Source of the DNA: Chlorokybus atmophyticus
Taxonomy: Eukaryota; Plantae; Mesostigma and Chlorokybus algae
DNA length: 64,000 nt
Reading direction: 5' to 3'
Assembly: GCA_009103225.1 (NCBI GenBank)
Contig: RHPI01002990.1
Span: 47,034 to 111,033, forward strand
How positions within the stretch are numbered: the stretch's first letter is position 1; the number at the start of each line of letters is the position of its first letter. Position numbers and translations under genes: made by a program. The notes under the pieces were generated by a model that searched no databases, had not been told where the DNA came from, and saw only the letters and a list, made by a program, of their open reading frames with translations. Positions 49,500-59,966 of the stretch are shown piece by piece.

Positions 49500-50435
49500 C
49501 TGTTCTGATCCATGGCGCGCCCCAACAGTCGGCATTGCTAATTGTCGGTCAGCGTGGAACCTATGATACTGCCTAGAGAGAAGCCATGGCGCGTTCGCGC
49601 TCACGTGCGTTGGGTTCCTCTAGCCGGCCTGTGTTGAAATCCAACACCATGCCTGCGCCGTGGTTGCGGAAGGTGTATGATCCCGGGTAACACACCAAAG
49701 TGGGGAGCGCACGACGTGGTTGACCAGGCGGGTTGCACTGGTGGAAGTGCTGGTGATCGTGTCGGGTGACTGGTTGTGCTGTGCGCTCAGAGTCCAGGGT
49801 AGCGTCGACGGTCGGATCGCGTGGACGACTGCTGTGCAAATATGTAGCAGCAAAGAGATCTTCGACTGTTGCAAGGTTGGTCCACTTGGCGCGGACGCAA
49901 TAAGCGCGGGAGCTATGCCGCGCTGCGTTGATTATGAAAGGATGTCCCTGGAAGGAACACACCTGTCGGAAGCTATTGGCTACGTGATGGCGCTTATCGT
50001 CCTCGGAGTGCACATTCTCAATGATGTATCCTGGAGGCTTGGACAGCTGGCTGCTCTACAGGGTTTTGATGACACGCATCAGTTCTCAAAACAGTCGTGA
50101 GCAAGGATTAGCGAGTCCTTGGCCGCTGCCTGCTGTGGAGTCACTCCAGAGCAGGGACACTATCAGCAGGTCGATGTTGCCCACCGCTAGGAGGTGATCC
50201 GCAGTTAAACGGATGTCATGTGGTAGTGCCTTTAAAATGCCTTGCAGTGCCGATAGCGGCAATCGCTGCGGGTAGCATTTGTGTGGGTGGCGCAGGTGGT
50301 GGCCCAGGGCAATCTGTGCGTGTGGATTAGGGTCACAGTAGAAGTACTTGGTGACCGTCGCGCTGGTGTTGAGAACAGAGGCGAGGCCACTACCTATTCC
50401 TCCAAACAGTTCCAATACGGTGATGCCTTGTTGGC
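49500..50435 (-). pseudogene. C5-cytosine DNA methyltransferase domain between protease and RT
   Basis: Motif I GITVLELFGGIGSGL with YFYCD, a motif IV region IDLLI...AGSGQGL whose CCC TGC (Pro-Cys) is displaced out of frame, motif VI ENVHS, motif VIII SRAYCVRAKWTN, motif IX EEPNARERERAM and motif X CRLLGRAMD. Confidence 0.88.
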
Positions 50436-53400
50436 GACGGAATACATGAAACTCCACTACTCCAGTGGCCACCTAGTGTTGTTCCCAGACCGCAGCTTGG
50501 TCCTTGTAAAGAGGGAACCGTGAAGTGAGCCGTGGTCTGCTTAGTAGTAGATGTGCTACCACCTGTGCACGCCAGCGGCGTTCCACTGGTTTCTGGTGGG
50601 CCACTTCTTCAATGGCATCTTTCTGAGACTCGTTGTATGGGATAGGAGAGTCTTGGTCCAAGTTGTGGGTGACCACCGCACATGATCTGTTAGTGGTTGT
50701 CGAACCCGACCTATGGGTGGCTATCGCAGCTGACCTGCTAGTGGTTGCCAACAACGACCTGTAGGTGGCTGTTGCAGCTGACCTCCGGTGGGAACGAGTG
50801 CGAGCCATCAGCTCGAGAGGCAAATATCCTTTGAACCTCTCCGTCCTCCTCATCCCAATGAGGACAAAACCATGCCTTCTCTGTCCAGTAGTCCAGCCCC
50901 ACGCCAACAGGGAAGTTGAAGTCCTGTCTCAACAATAGGTCGAAGGATCCTGCGTCGGTGACCACACACTTCTGTATGACCTCGGTGCTGTGGGACGGGT
51001 CCACTCCTGTCAAGCGAATGCAGAGGGCTTGCTTGGTGATGCCAATCACCTTGTCACGGCTGCCGGTTGCGGTGTCGAGTATGTATGGGCACGGCATCAG
51101 CTCAGCGCTGATGATGCCAAGGTCGCGTGCGAGGTAACGTCCGATGATGACAGGCTGGGCTCCAGAGTCCAGCATTACACGCTTGGGTGCTCGTCCATTG
51201 ATAGTGACATGCTTGCCTTGGTTGGCGATCATGGCTGCGTTGGCGCGGATGCGCAGCCGCTTAAATCGTCGGTAGCGTGTGCGTGGGGTGTCTGCTGCTG
51301 CAGTCTCCTCCGGTGGTGTCGAGCGCAGTGCGGCAAGCGCCCCTCGACCAGCTGGGTCTTGAGCACATCCTTGACCGCGGCCTGGCCCGAACCGTCCTTG
51401 TCTTGGCTGTTGATAACCACGCTGTGGTCTGGGTGCTGGCGGTGCTGCCTGTGGCTGCCCTTGTTGCGGCGCAGGGGGATTGCGCCTGTGTGTGGCCGGG
51501 GTCATTTTTTGCGGCGTAGCTAGTGGCTGTTGGGGAAACCCTGAAGGACCGGGTGTTTGTGGGCCCGCCTCCCGTGCAGCCTGTTCTTCCACATAAGTCC
51601 AGCGTACTGCATGAGTTGCCTCCCTGACCAGTGTACCTTCTCATGTGGCTATTGGGTTTTTGTCCACGTCACTTCAGCAGTAATTCTGAAGCATGGGATG
51701 GAGATACATTGCGCGCAGGAGCCGCGCTCTTATATCGTGGGTGATGGTGGGAACCCTTAGGATCCCTGCCATGTAGGCATCCCATCTGCCATTGACCACC
51801 CCCACTTCCAGCATCATTGTTGCTCGCGCCCACACAATGAGGTAAATCTCTGGCTGTTGGACATGCTGCTCGTAAGCAGCTGCGATGCGTCTGCGTTGCC
51901 GCGCTGCTTCTACCCCTGGCAACCTGAGTATGGCCTCTTGTGCTCCCTCTAAGGTGTCAGTGGCTGCCGAGGCAACCTCGTCAAAGGCTTGCCGTAGCGA
52001 GCGCAGGAAGGCGTCCAACCAAAACAATCTGGTGCCGAATGCGAACAGGGGAATTGCTTGGTGATTGGTGACTAGCTAAGTCACTAGTCTTGCTCAAGCT
52101 GCATTACCACCTCCCTGCATCCCCAACATCCGTCTCAGGCCGATGCCTTCTTATCGGTGCAGCATAGTTGCTTGTCGCAACAAGGCAGTGCGAAGTTGCT
52201 TGTTTCCAATTGAACCTGCTCCATCTCGTTGTGTCCACCCTTGCGGTGTGAGGTAGCCTCTCCCCGGATCCCGTTTATCTTCAGGCAAGTCTTCAAACAA
52301 GGTGGGTAGCAGCGGGGCGATCACCCCCCTGGTTTGTTGGGCCAGCGCCCTCGTCTGGTCAATGTCGGGCCCACCAACGAGAGGTGTTGTACTGGATGAT
52401 GGGCAAGCGCTTGTGGGTTGAAGAACGCCAGCGTAAGCATTGGCAAGGGCGTGTGCTCTTACATCGATTGCTGCTGCTTGGTCCTGTCGCCAGGTGAACG
52501 CCTGTTGTAGCGCGGTGTAGCGCTCATGAAGTCGAACCGTATTGAGGGGCCTCAGTGCTTTGTTGTCACCCAGAGGCATGTCGGCTGTGTTAGGAATGTG
52601 CTGCTGTACGTTGGGTTGCCAGTCCTAAAACGTGTCCACTGGGCTAGGCTCAAAGGGTTCATGACGGACTGGTGCGGGTTGGCGTGGCGCCGTCTGCATG
52701 TCGTTATGCGGAGTCTCGAACAGTGTAGTGCCAACTCCAGTACAACAGGTGTTCTGACTACAAAGACACGGTTTTGCATGGGAGGCGCCGTGCCGGCGAG
52801 GATTTCATCTCCAGTTGCCGCTGAGTTTATTCTGGCAGTGTGTGATATTTAGGCAGTGGGAAGACTCGGTCACTGCGTTCAACGCGTGTTGTGCGCTCCC
52901 CTCCGCGCCCAAAAGCAATGGTAGTGGGATCTGCCCCACGCATGATGGTCTCCCAAGCACACTCAGCTTGCTGACCTCGCGCGACAGCTTCAGTGACGTC
53001 GAGGGCGGGCAATGTAGCTGCGCGTGTTGCTGCGGTGGCAGCAAGCTCGACGATGGCACTGCCATTGGTGGGCAAAGTGCCGCTCGACGGCGCAAGAGCG
53101 GTCTCAATGCTTGCTGACACAGGTGGCTTTGCCGTTGGAGCAGGACAGGCGCGACCTATTGCTGCAGGGTTGGTGACAGCAGTGGCTGTGGCCTGCGTGT
53201 TCACCAGTGTGGGCGCTACGGTGCTCACTGGTATACCACCTTCTGGTGAGATTGGAGCAGTTGCTGCTGACGTTGACGGAGTTGACGTCGTAGCCGGTGT
53301 AACTGTTGCTGCTGGTGCAGTACCACTGGTAGCTTCAGAGGAGGTTGCTGCTGACGATGTTGCGGCTTCCCCTCGGACTCGTCGGGATGGTTGAATATGC

Positions 53401-53659
53401 GACGGAGTGCTGGTGTCTCTCGTGCGCTTTAGAGCCATTAATGCCCCCTGGGCAGCATAACAGGCGCGGTACTCCTGCTCCTTGTTTTCCTCCAAGCGTG
53501 CCATATGCGCCATGAGGGCAGCCATGTGGTCATCAACTGGCGGGTTGGCTGGAGCCTTGGCGGCAACAGCAGTAGCGCGCGGACGTCCTTCCAGTCCCTT
53601 ACGCTGAGGAGGGCGATTCTTCCCCCAGTAGCCTTGCTCTTCCTTGCGAGCGTTGGCGT

Positions 53660-53798
53660 AGTCGTTGGTGTTGTTATGGCCTCCGGTGTGATTGCTGTTG
53701 TAGCCACTAGAGTTGTTGCCGTTGTGGCCTCCAGTCTTGTTGCTGTTGTAGCCACCAGAGTTGTTGGCGTTGTAGCCTCCAGTGTTGTTGCCGTTGTA
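53660..53798 (-). repeat. 24-nt coding tandem repeat (5 units) encoding an N/G/Y-rich octapeptide in gag
   Basis: YNGNNTGG-YNANNSGG-YNSNKTGG-HNGNNSSG-YNSNHTGG-HNNTNDY within ORF 52827-53828. Confidence 0.9.
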
Positions 53799-56011
53799 GC
53801 TGCTGACGGGTCTCAACTCAGAGAACATAAGCTAGCAGACTAACTTCAAGTGGCATGTCTTGTGACAGTAGTCGCAGACCACAGCTGAGTACTCTTCGGT
53901 GCACTACTTTTGGTAGTGCCCATGCCGTCTACAGCGATAACACAGCACAGGGGCAGGCAAAGCAGTATGCGCTGACCGTTTCCCTTTGTCGCGTGCTGGT
54001 GGAGCGTTCCGGCCACGTTTGCGACGAGGAGGCTCGACAGTCGTGCTGGCTACCGATCGTGAGGCGCTGCGGTTGGTGTCCAGCACTGCCTTCTCATACA
54101 CCAAGCGCTTATGGGTCTGTGCAGTCTCGAAAGCTTCCTTGAGCGTGTAGCCAAGGGGCCTGCTGTAGTTCAGGGTTAGGCGTCGACTCGCTCAGGGTGG
54201 CATCCGACTCATTGACATACACCACTGCAACCGCCTCGTCATTGACAATCTTGTAGTCAGTGTCCTTCAACAGACTTTCCAATCTTGAGTACAAGCGTTG
54301 AGGGTCCTCATTGGGCTTGCGTCGGAACCGCCTCAACTCCTCCACTTTGCTCGTGGTCTGCGGTGGGAAGGTGCGACTAAGTGCAGCGTATAGATCCTTG
54401 AGTGGAAAGTCAGAGATGGCAGCACCTACAATGATGGCTGGTGCGCGCAGTACAACTGACCCGAGGGTGAAAGCACTGCCTCCCGCACGAGAGCCAGGTG
54501 TTGCCAAAGGTAGGGGTGGGCCCACCTCAGCTGCTGCTGTTCGTTGTTCCTCAAGGATGACAACAGAACGGTCCAGGATCCGGGCCCGTCGTGCGGCCGT
54601 CTTGATCTCAATCTCTGCAGGGGTCAGGTTGACGATCACCAACTCAGGTTCCTCCTCCGCTGCTCTGTCAATGGCTGCCGCTATGGACAACCCGATGATT
54701 GCCGCGGGAGTGGCAAGTGGAAAGACGGCTGTTGGACTGTGCAGTGACGCAGATGCTATGGTACTGGCGAGCTCGCCATAGCCATTAATTCGATGCAGTT
54801 CAGCAACAGACTTTCAGACATCATGTGCTTCATGATCCAGATACTGAGCGGGAATGTGAAAAGAGATGTCATCTGACCAGTCTTTGTTTTTCAGAGCCTG
54901 CTGTTGCATCTTGCAGTGGAACTTAATAATGAATTCGTCTAGCGAGGTAGTGCCAGCACGTCCGGAGAAGTGCAGAGACGTGTTGAGCTGGAAGACTCCA
55001 TCTCGTAGTCGTCTCGTCACAGTCGGAGTCGGACGAGAGTGGGGAAGCTCGATGCCGTGGAGTGGACAGGAACGGAGTGAAGTCGGAGACAGAACGCGAC
55101 CCTCTGCTACTACGAGCGTTGCTCCGTCGCTGGTCCGCTCGTATGTGAGGTTGGAGGTTGGGCTCCAGCTGCTGAGGTCACCCTCGTCTATTGGAGAGAA
55201 CGGGGTGGGCCTGCTCATACAGCTAGTCCAAAGGTAAAAGTGTATGCAGGGTAGAGTGTTTGCGATGTACTGCCTGTCTTGCTGCCGCTACCACTTACCA
55301 CACTAGTGCTTGTGTGCGCACTATGTACTGACAATGATAACAAATGCACAGGGATGTATCCCTAGATACAGACTGCACTATCTGATGCAGAATGCAACGC
55401 ACTCACTTGAGCAAAGAGGGTGACACTGTGAGTCAACAAGCCACTATTATAGGTAGTGCTGTTTACACAGTTCTTTGCATAAGCGGAAAATGTGTTACAC
55501 TGTTGAGTGAGGTGAATGAGCAAGCAACACGTGGATACTATGCTCCGACTGATGCCAACAACCACACTTTAACCAGCCACACCAAGCTCACAGTGATGAC
55601 GAGCACGATGCACACACGAGCATGCACATGCTCTCACACAGTGAGGAGGTTCTTGGTAACCGGGATGGCGTGTTCGCAGTTCAAGTCGTTTCACAAGCTC
55701 TTAGCTTTCTCACTCACAGTGTCACCAGCTGATCCGGTGAACACTATGACTACTTATACAAGTCAAGTCATGACTGACTGAGAACATAAGCTAACGGTCA
55801 TATTGAGGCTATTTCCACAGCGATTGTCACTCGATATAGAACACAACTTATAAAAGAAATCACAACTGAACAGCTACGCGCGGTACCTATGTAGGCTATG
55901 TTCGTGAGCTACCATGAAGTCATGCCCTAGCTACTGGTCCGTGACGCGCGCGCGCTGGTATGCTGGTAGGCCGGGCGACGGTTTCGATGTAGACATGCCC
56001 GATGAAGGCTG

Positions 56012-57851
56012 GTATGTGTGGGCACTAGGCATGACAGGCAGGATGTGCAAAGAACGCAAATGCGGCTGACGAAGATGATGGCAAACTGCAATCTGAGCAT
56101 GTGGATAAAGGTTACAGTAGTAATAATGTGTTACCTTGCCACCGGTGTTGCAAAGGGCCTCCAAGCCACTTTCAATCCCGCCGAGCAGCTTCAGCAAGGT
56201 GATGCCTTGTTGGCGTCGCGCTGCACCAAAGTCCACGACTCTGGTGGCGACGGTACATTGTTCTGCAACAGGAACATTCTCGTGGTCGTCTGAAATGCAT
56301 ATAGTGGGATTGCATGGTGGTTGTTGATCAACCATGTGAGTACTTGAGCCCATTCCCGGGGCTGCGATGTGGTCGCAGCATCCCTCTGAGTGTGGCGCCT
56401 TCGAAACCTTGTTGTTGCAACATTCTTTCAAAGGCATTGTGCATCAGGCGTGTGTGCAACCGCTGCTCCCCATGCGTTTGCTGACCAGGGCACTGAGGGT
56501 GTGCTCCTTGTTCAAGATACCCCTTCCATAGTTGGCGCTAGTTTGCTGGCCAGTTATTGGTCATATTGACGCCGAGGGCAGCGATTTCCCCCTTGAAAAA
56601 TCTGCTCAACGCCCTCGTTTGAGGAAGCATGCTGCGCTCCTAGTCTTCGTCGGTTGGGTGCCGCGGTCTATTCACTCAAATGTTGCCATAAGCTTCAGCG
56701 CGGGCGTCATTGATGACAACACTAGGTGGCGCTTTCTCGATGTCCCGCTGCAGATCTTTGTTTTGCTCGCGGCGGCGGACCACGTATTCTTGCTGTTAAT
56801 GAAAGTGACGAGCCTGATCTAACGCGTAGAAGCGGCGACACTGCTCACGCCATGAGCACGTAGCCAATTTTGGATCGCTGCCCAGCGAACCAAAAAGCTC
56901 GCTGCGCCAGCAGCAAATGCTCTTAACAGTTCAACCATCTGCAAGTCTAGGTGGTCGAAGTGATCCAGGTTAGATGACTCTTGATCGGGTGAGGGCAGCA
57001 TTGGGGGATGCTATGAAGCCAACGGATGACGATTTTACAGGTCCAAAAACATGGTGAGGGTCACGTCGATGATGCCAAGGGTGCGGCAGTCGTGGCCCAA
57101 CTCCTGGCGGTGGAGAGGGCGTTTGCACCATGTAGAATGGCATTCTTATCAATGCCACATAAACCGGTCCCCCCCAATGTGCGCAGGTGTGATGGGCATG
57201 CGTGTGGTGGACGTATTGGCTCATATCTAAGCTAAGGGGAAAGAAGTTGCTGGCACCTCGGCTGCGGCGGTTGTGGACGAGGAGGGCCCTGCTCCTATGG
57301 TAGCCATGGTAGTCGTGGATGGTTTGGCCATGGTGGTTTCCAAGGCAGGCGTGCTGGCTTGGGTGGTAGCTACAGCGCGTGATGGCTAAGCTGTAGTGTC
57401 ATTGGCGGCGATGTTTGCTGCCGATGAGGTTGCTGCAGCAAACTCGGCAGCGAGGACAGCTGAGGTCGCAGCGATGGTGCCGCAAGAATTTCAGTGATGG
57501 CGGCTGCAGCTGCTGTCGTTGCTGCTTGTGTTGCAGCAACTATTGTGGGGTCGGCAAGAGCTTCCACCGACGCAAAATGCAACTCTGAGGCATCAGCAGT
57601 GGCAGATGATGAAGCCGTTGTTGTTGCTGTTATTGTCGCCGGTTGGCCAGCAGAACCAGGTGCGCCACTTGTCGTGAATGGGTCGGCGTCCTCTTGAGCA
57701 CGTCGTGGTGGTTGTATGCGAGTAGGCGGGAAGACTTCTTTAAACTTCACTCCCATCGCTATCTACCTTGATGTGTGACACGCGTGGTACTCCTCTTCGC
57801 TGCCCTTCAGCATCGCGTGAATCTCGTCCATCCGTGCTCTGAGAGCCGCAA
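56012..57851 (-). mobile_element. Fragment of the DNMT gypsy family (gag linker to DNMT motif I); 56012-57449 duplicates 34147-35567
   Basis: Co-linear with 34147-35567 at high identity. It contains GITLLKLLGGIESGL and the same GGCATGACA|GGCA LTR junction. IAALRARM...EEEYHAC...IQPPRR resembles MAALMAHM...EQEYRAC...IQPSRR of ORF 52827-53828. It is cut by the LTR at 57852. Confidence 0.8.
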
Positions 57852-59966
57852 TGTAACAATCGAGGCCAAGTTTCATGATCTTAGGACCTTTTTTGGTCCA
57901 TTTATTGAGCACCACGTTTTCATGACTTGTGACGGATATCAGCAAGTTGTGAGTCTGGCGCAGGTATCGACCGGCCCCAGGACTAGTCTAGAAGACGCCA
58001 GAAAACGGAGGGCCAGTCGAGAAGGACTCGACCAGATTTTTGGAAGGGCCTGGCGCCAAATAGTACAACTTTGCCATGTGGGCATCTTTGGTGGAGTTCC
58101 TTGGTGCGTAGGAAAGGTCTAAAAGTGTACTACAAAGGTTTTACAAGAATATCTTTTGATTTCGTCTAGCTCGAAAAACGTCTACACAGTAGCATGTGCA
58201 GAGTGGTAGGTATAAAAGCGACAAGGGACATTCGACCATGTGCAATACAACCTTTAGCTCCCTGGTTTCTTGTGTGCAAGCTTGGTGGTGGTTAGCAGGG
58301 GTTGCTAGCGTGTGTCCATGGTGTGTGCTTGCTTATGTGACGATCCAAGGCGCTACACAAGACGGTGTGTAGCTTCGAGCGCATGCGCGTGTGCACACGA
58401 GTGGCGAGCGGCATAGGGGGCGAGGTTCCGGTGTGAATACCGTGTTTTGGTGAGAGGGTTGTGGATTGGACCAACTCACAGGTGACAAGGCTCGAGCACC
58501 GTCACAGCTGGTATCGGAGCTCGGTTGACGAAGGTGAGAGAGGAAGTGTGTGGGCGTTTACACTTTTCATTCGGAAGCAGAATGTAGTGTGTTACTGGAG
58601 ATGGAGGATGCTCGCGTGGAAGAGCTTCAAGCTGCCATCTTAGCATTCAGGGAAGAGCTTCATCACACTCAAGCGGCGGCACAAGCACAGCGCGAAGCGT
58701 ATGAGCATGCGATGGCGCGTGTACAAGTTCCCATGGCATCAAGCTCTCGCGAGCATGTGAAGGTGCCAAAGCCCAAGCCATTCAAGGGTCAACGTGATGG
58801 AGATGCAGTGGATGAATGGATTTTGCAAGTATCGTCTTGATTAAAGCTCACGGAGGTGCCCATGTATCTGCACGTGGAGGTTGCAGCGACATTGCTAGAA
58901 GGTGCAGCACTTGTATAGTGGAGATATTGTTACGCGTGTTGCAAGTGGGTTGGCGCTACAGTTGACCACCATAGAAGAGTTGGCTCTGGAGATCAGGCAT
59001 CAGTTTGTTCCCGTGCAGAGTATACATGCCGAACGCGATAAAATTGCAGCCCTTGTGCAAGCGGGGTCGGTGACGGCGTACACGGCTACGTTTCAGCGGT
59101 TGGTGATGTCCATACCCAACATGACCGAGGAAGAGCAGTTGGACAGGTACACACGTGGTTTAAAACCTTTGGGACGCAAAGAAGTGGAGGTCCGGGACCC
59201 TAAAACTTTGGCGGAAGCTATACGCATCGCGGAGCGTCTCGACGCGTTGTACTTCAAGTCTCCTGCAACAAACGCTGACTGGAGGCGTGGGAGCAAGCAA
59301 GAGCGGGGTGATCAGCCTAGGGGAAGCTTTCAACATGCATGGACACGAAGGGAACCAAGTTCACAACTTGCAAAAGAAGGTGGAGCTGATTTTGGACCAT
59401 CACCAATGGAGGTGGGTGCCATACACACGCGTAATGGCGTGGCAAAGCACGGTGGACGTGGTAAGGCAGGTGGCGGCGTGCAAGTGTTACGTGTGCGGTT
59501 CGACCGAACATTTGGCGTTCAATTGCTTGAAGCGGCGCACGCAAACGTCCGCATGCAGCTGGCAACACATATCGCGCGCGATGCATCAACGCAATGGAGG
59601 AAGACGACGTGGAGGATCAGAGAAACGACTCCCCCAGTAGGTAAGGAGGCTACTGCTGAGGACGAGGGGGAGCCTCACGCACAAACGAAGAGTGTGTCAT
59701 CGCAATTGAGGAAAAAATTGGAGGTGGCTATGAACACGCCCATGGTGGTAAGTTATGCAAGTGTGGAGGCAACAAAGTACGTTGGGCTTCTAAAACGCAT
59801 TTGCGATGACCGAGGACAAAGGAGGGCGTGTAACCTTATGGTTGATAGTGGAGCAAACAGCAACTTCATGAGTGAGGAGGTTGCACGGCGCTACGGTTGG
59901 CTTTTACTATTACAAGGAGGAGAAGTGAAACTCGCTGATGGGGAACCACCCTCTTGAGGTACCGGT
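57852..59966 (+). mobile_element. Older chromovirus relative: 5' LTR 57852-58506, PBS 58509-58520, gag and start of protease, interrupted at 59967
   Basis: The LTR TGTAACA...CCGTCACA is homologous to the family LTR and is followed by the tRNA-iMet PBS. Gag has stops, and the protease MVDSGANSNF...GEPPS* breaks at the inserted LTR. Confidence 0.93.

Larger units (their letters stand above)
43091..55800 (-). mobile_element. Most complete copy of the DNMT/PHD Ty3/gypsy retrotransposon: gag-knuckles-PR-DNMT-RT-RH-IN-PHD, decayed
   Basis: Gag 54109-55218, knuckles CYRCRRHGH and CDYCHKTCH, protease VMLDSGAQPVIIG...FDLLL (~50900-51200), DNMT 49500-50435, RT (MCGDYRPLN, VMPFGLKNA, YISD), RNase H (LHTDWSK, ITDHQPL), integrase split by the CACTA insertion, and PHD 43405-43535. 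The likely 3' LTR is 43091-43324 after an AGGGGGG tract. No matching 5' LTR was found, so the right boundary is approximate. Confidence 0.9.

Noticed and set aside
55825-56036. TGTC...GACA-bounded 212-bp segment as the 5' LTR of the 43091 element
   Set aside because: It does not resemble the 43091-43324 LTR, there is no PBS next to it, and the flanks (ATAG vs GGCA) do not form a TSD.
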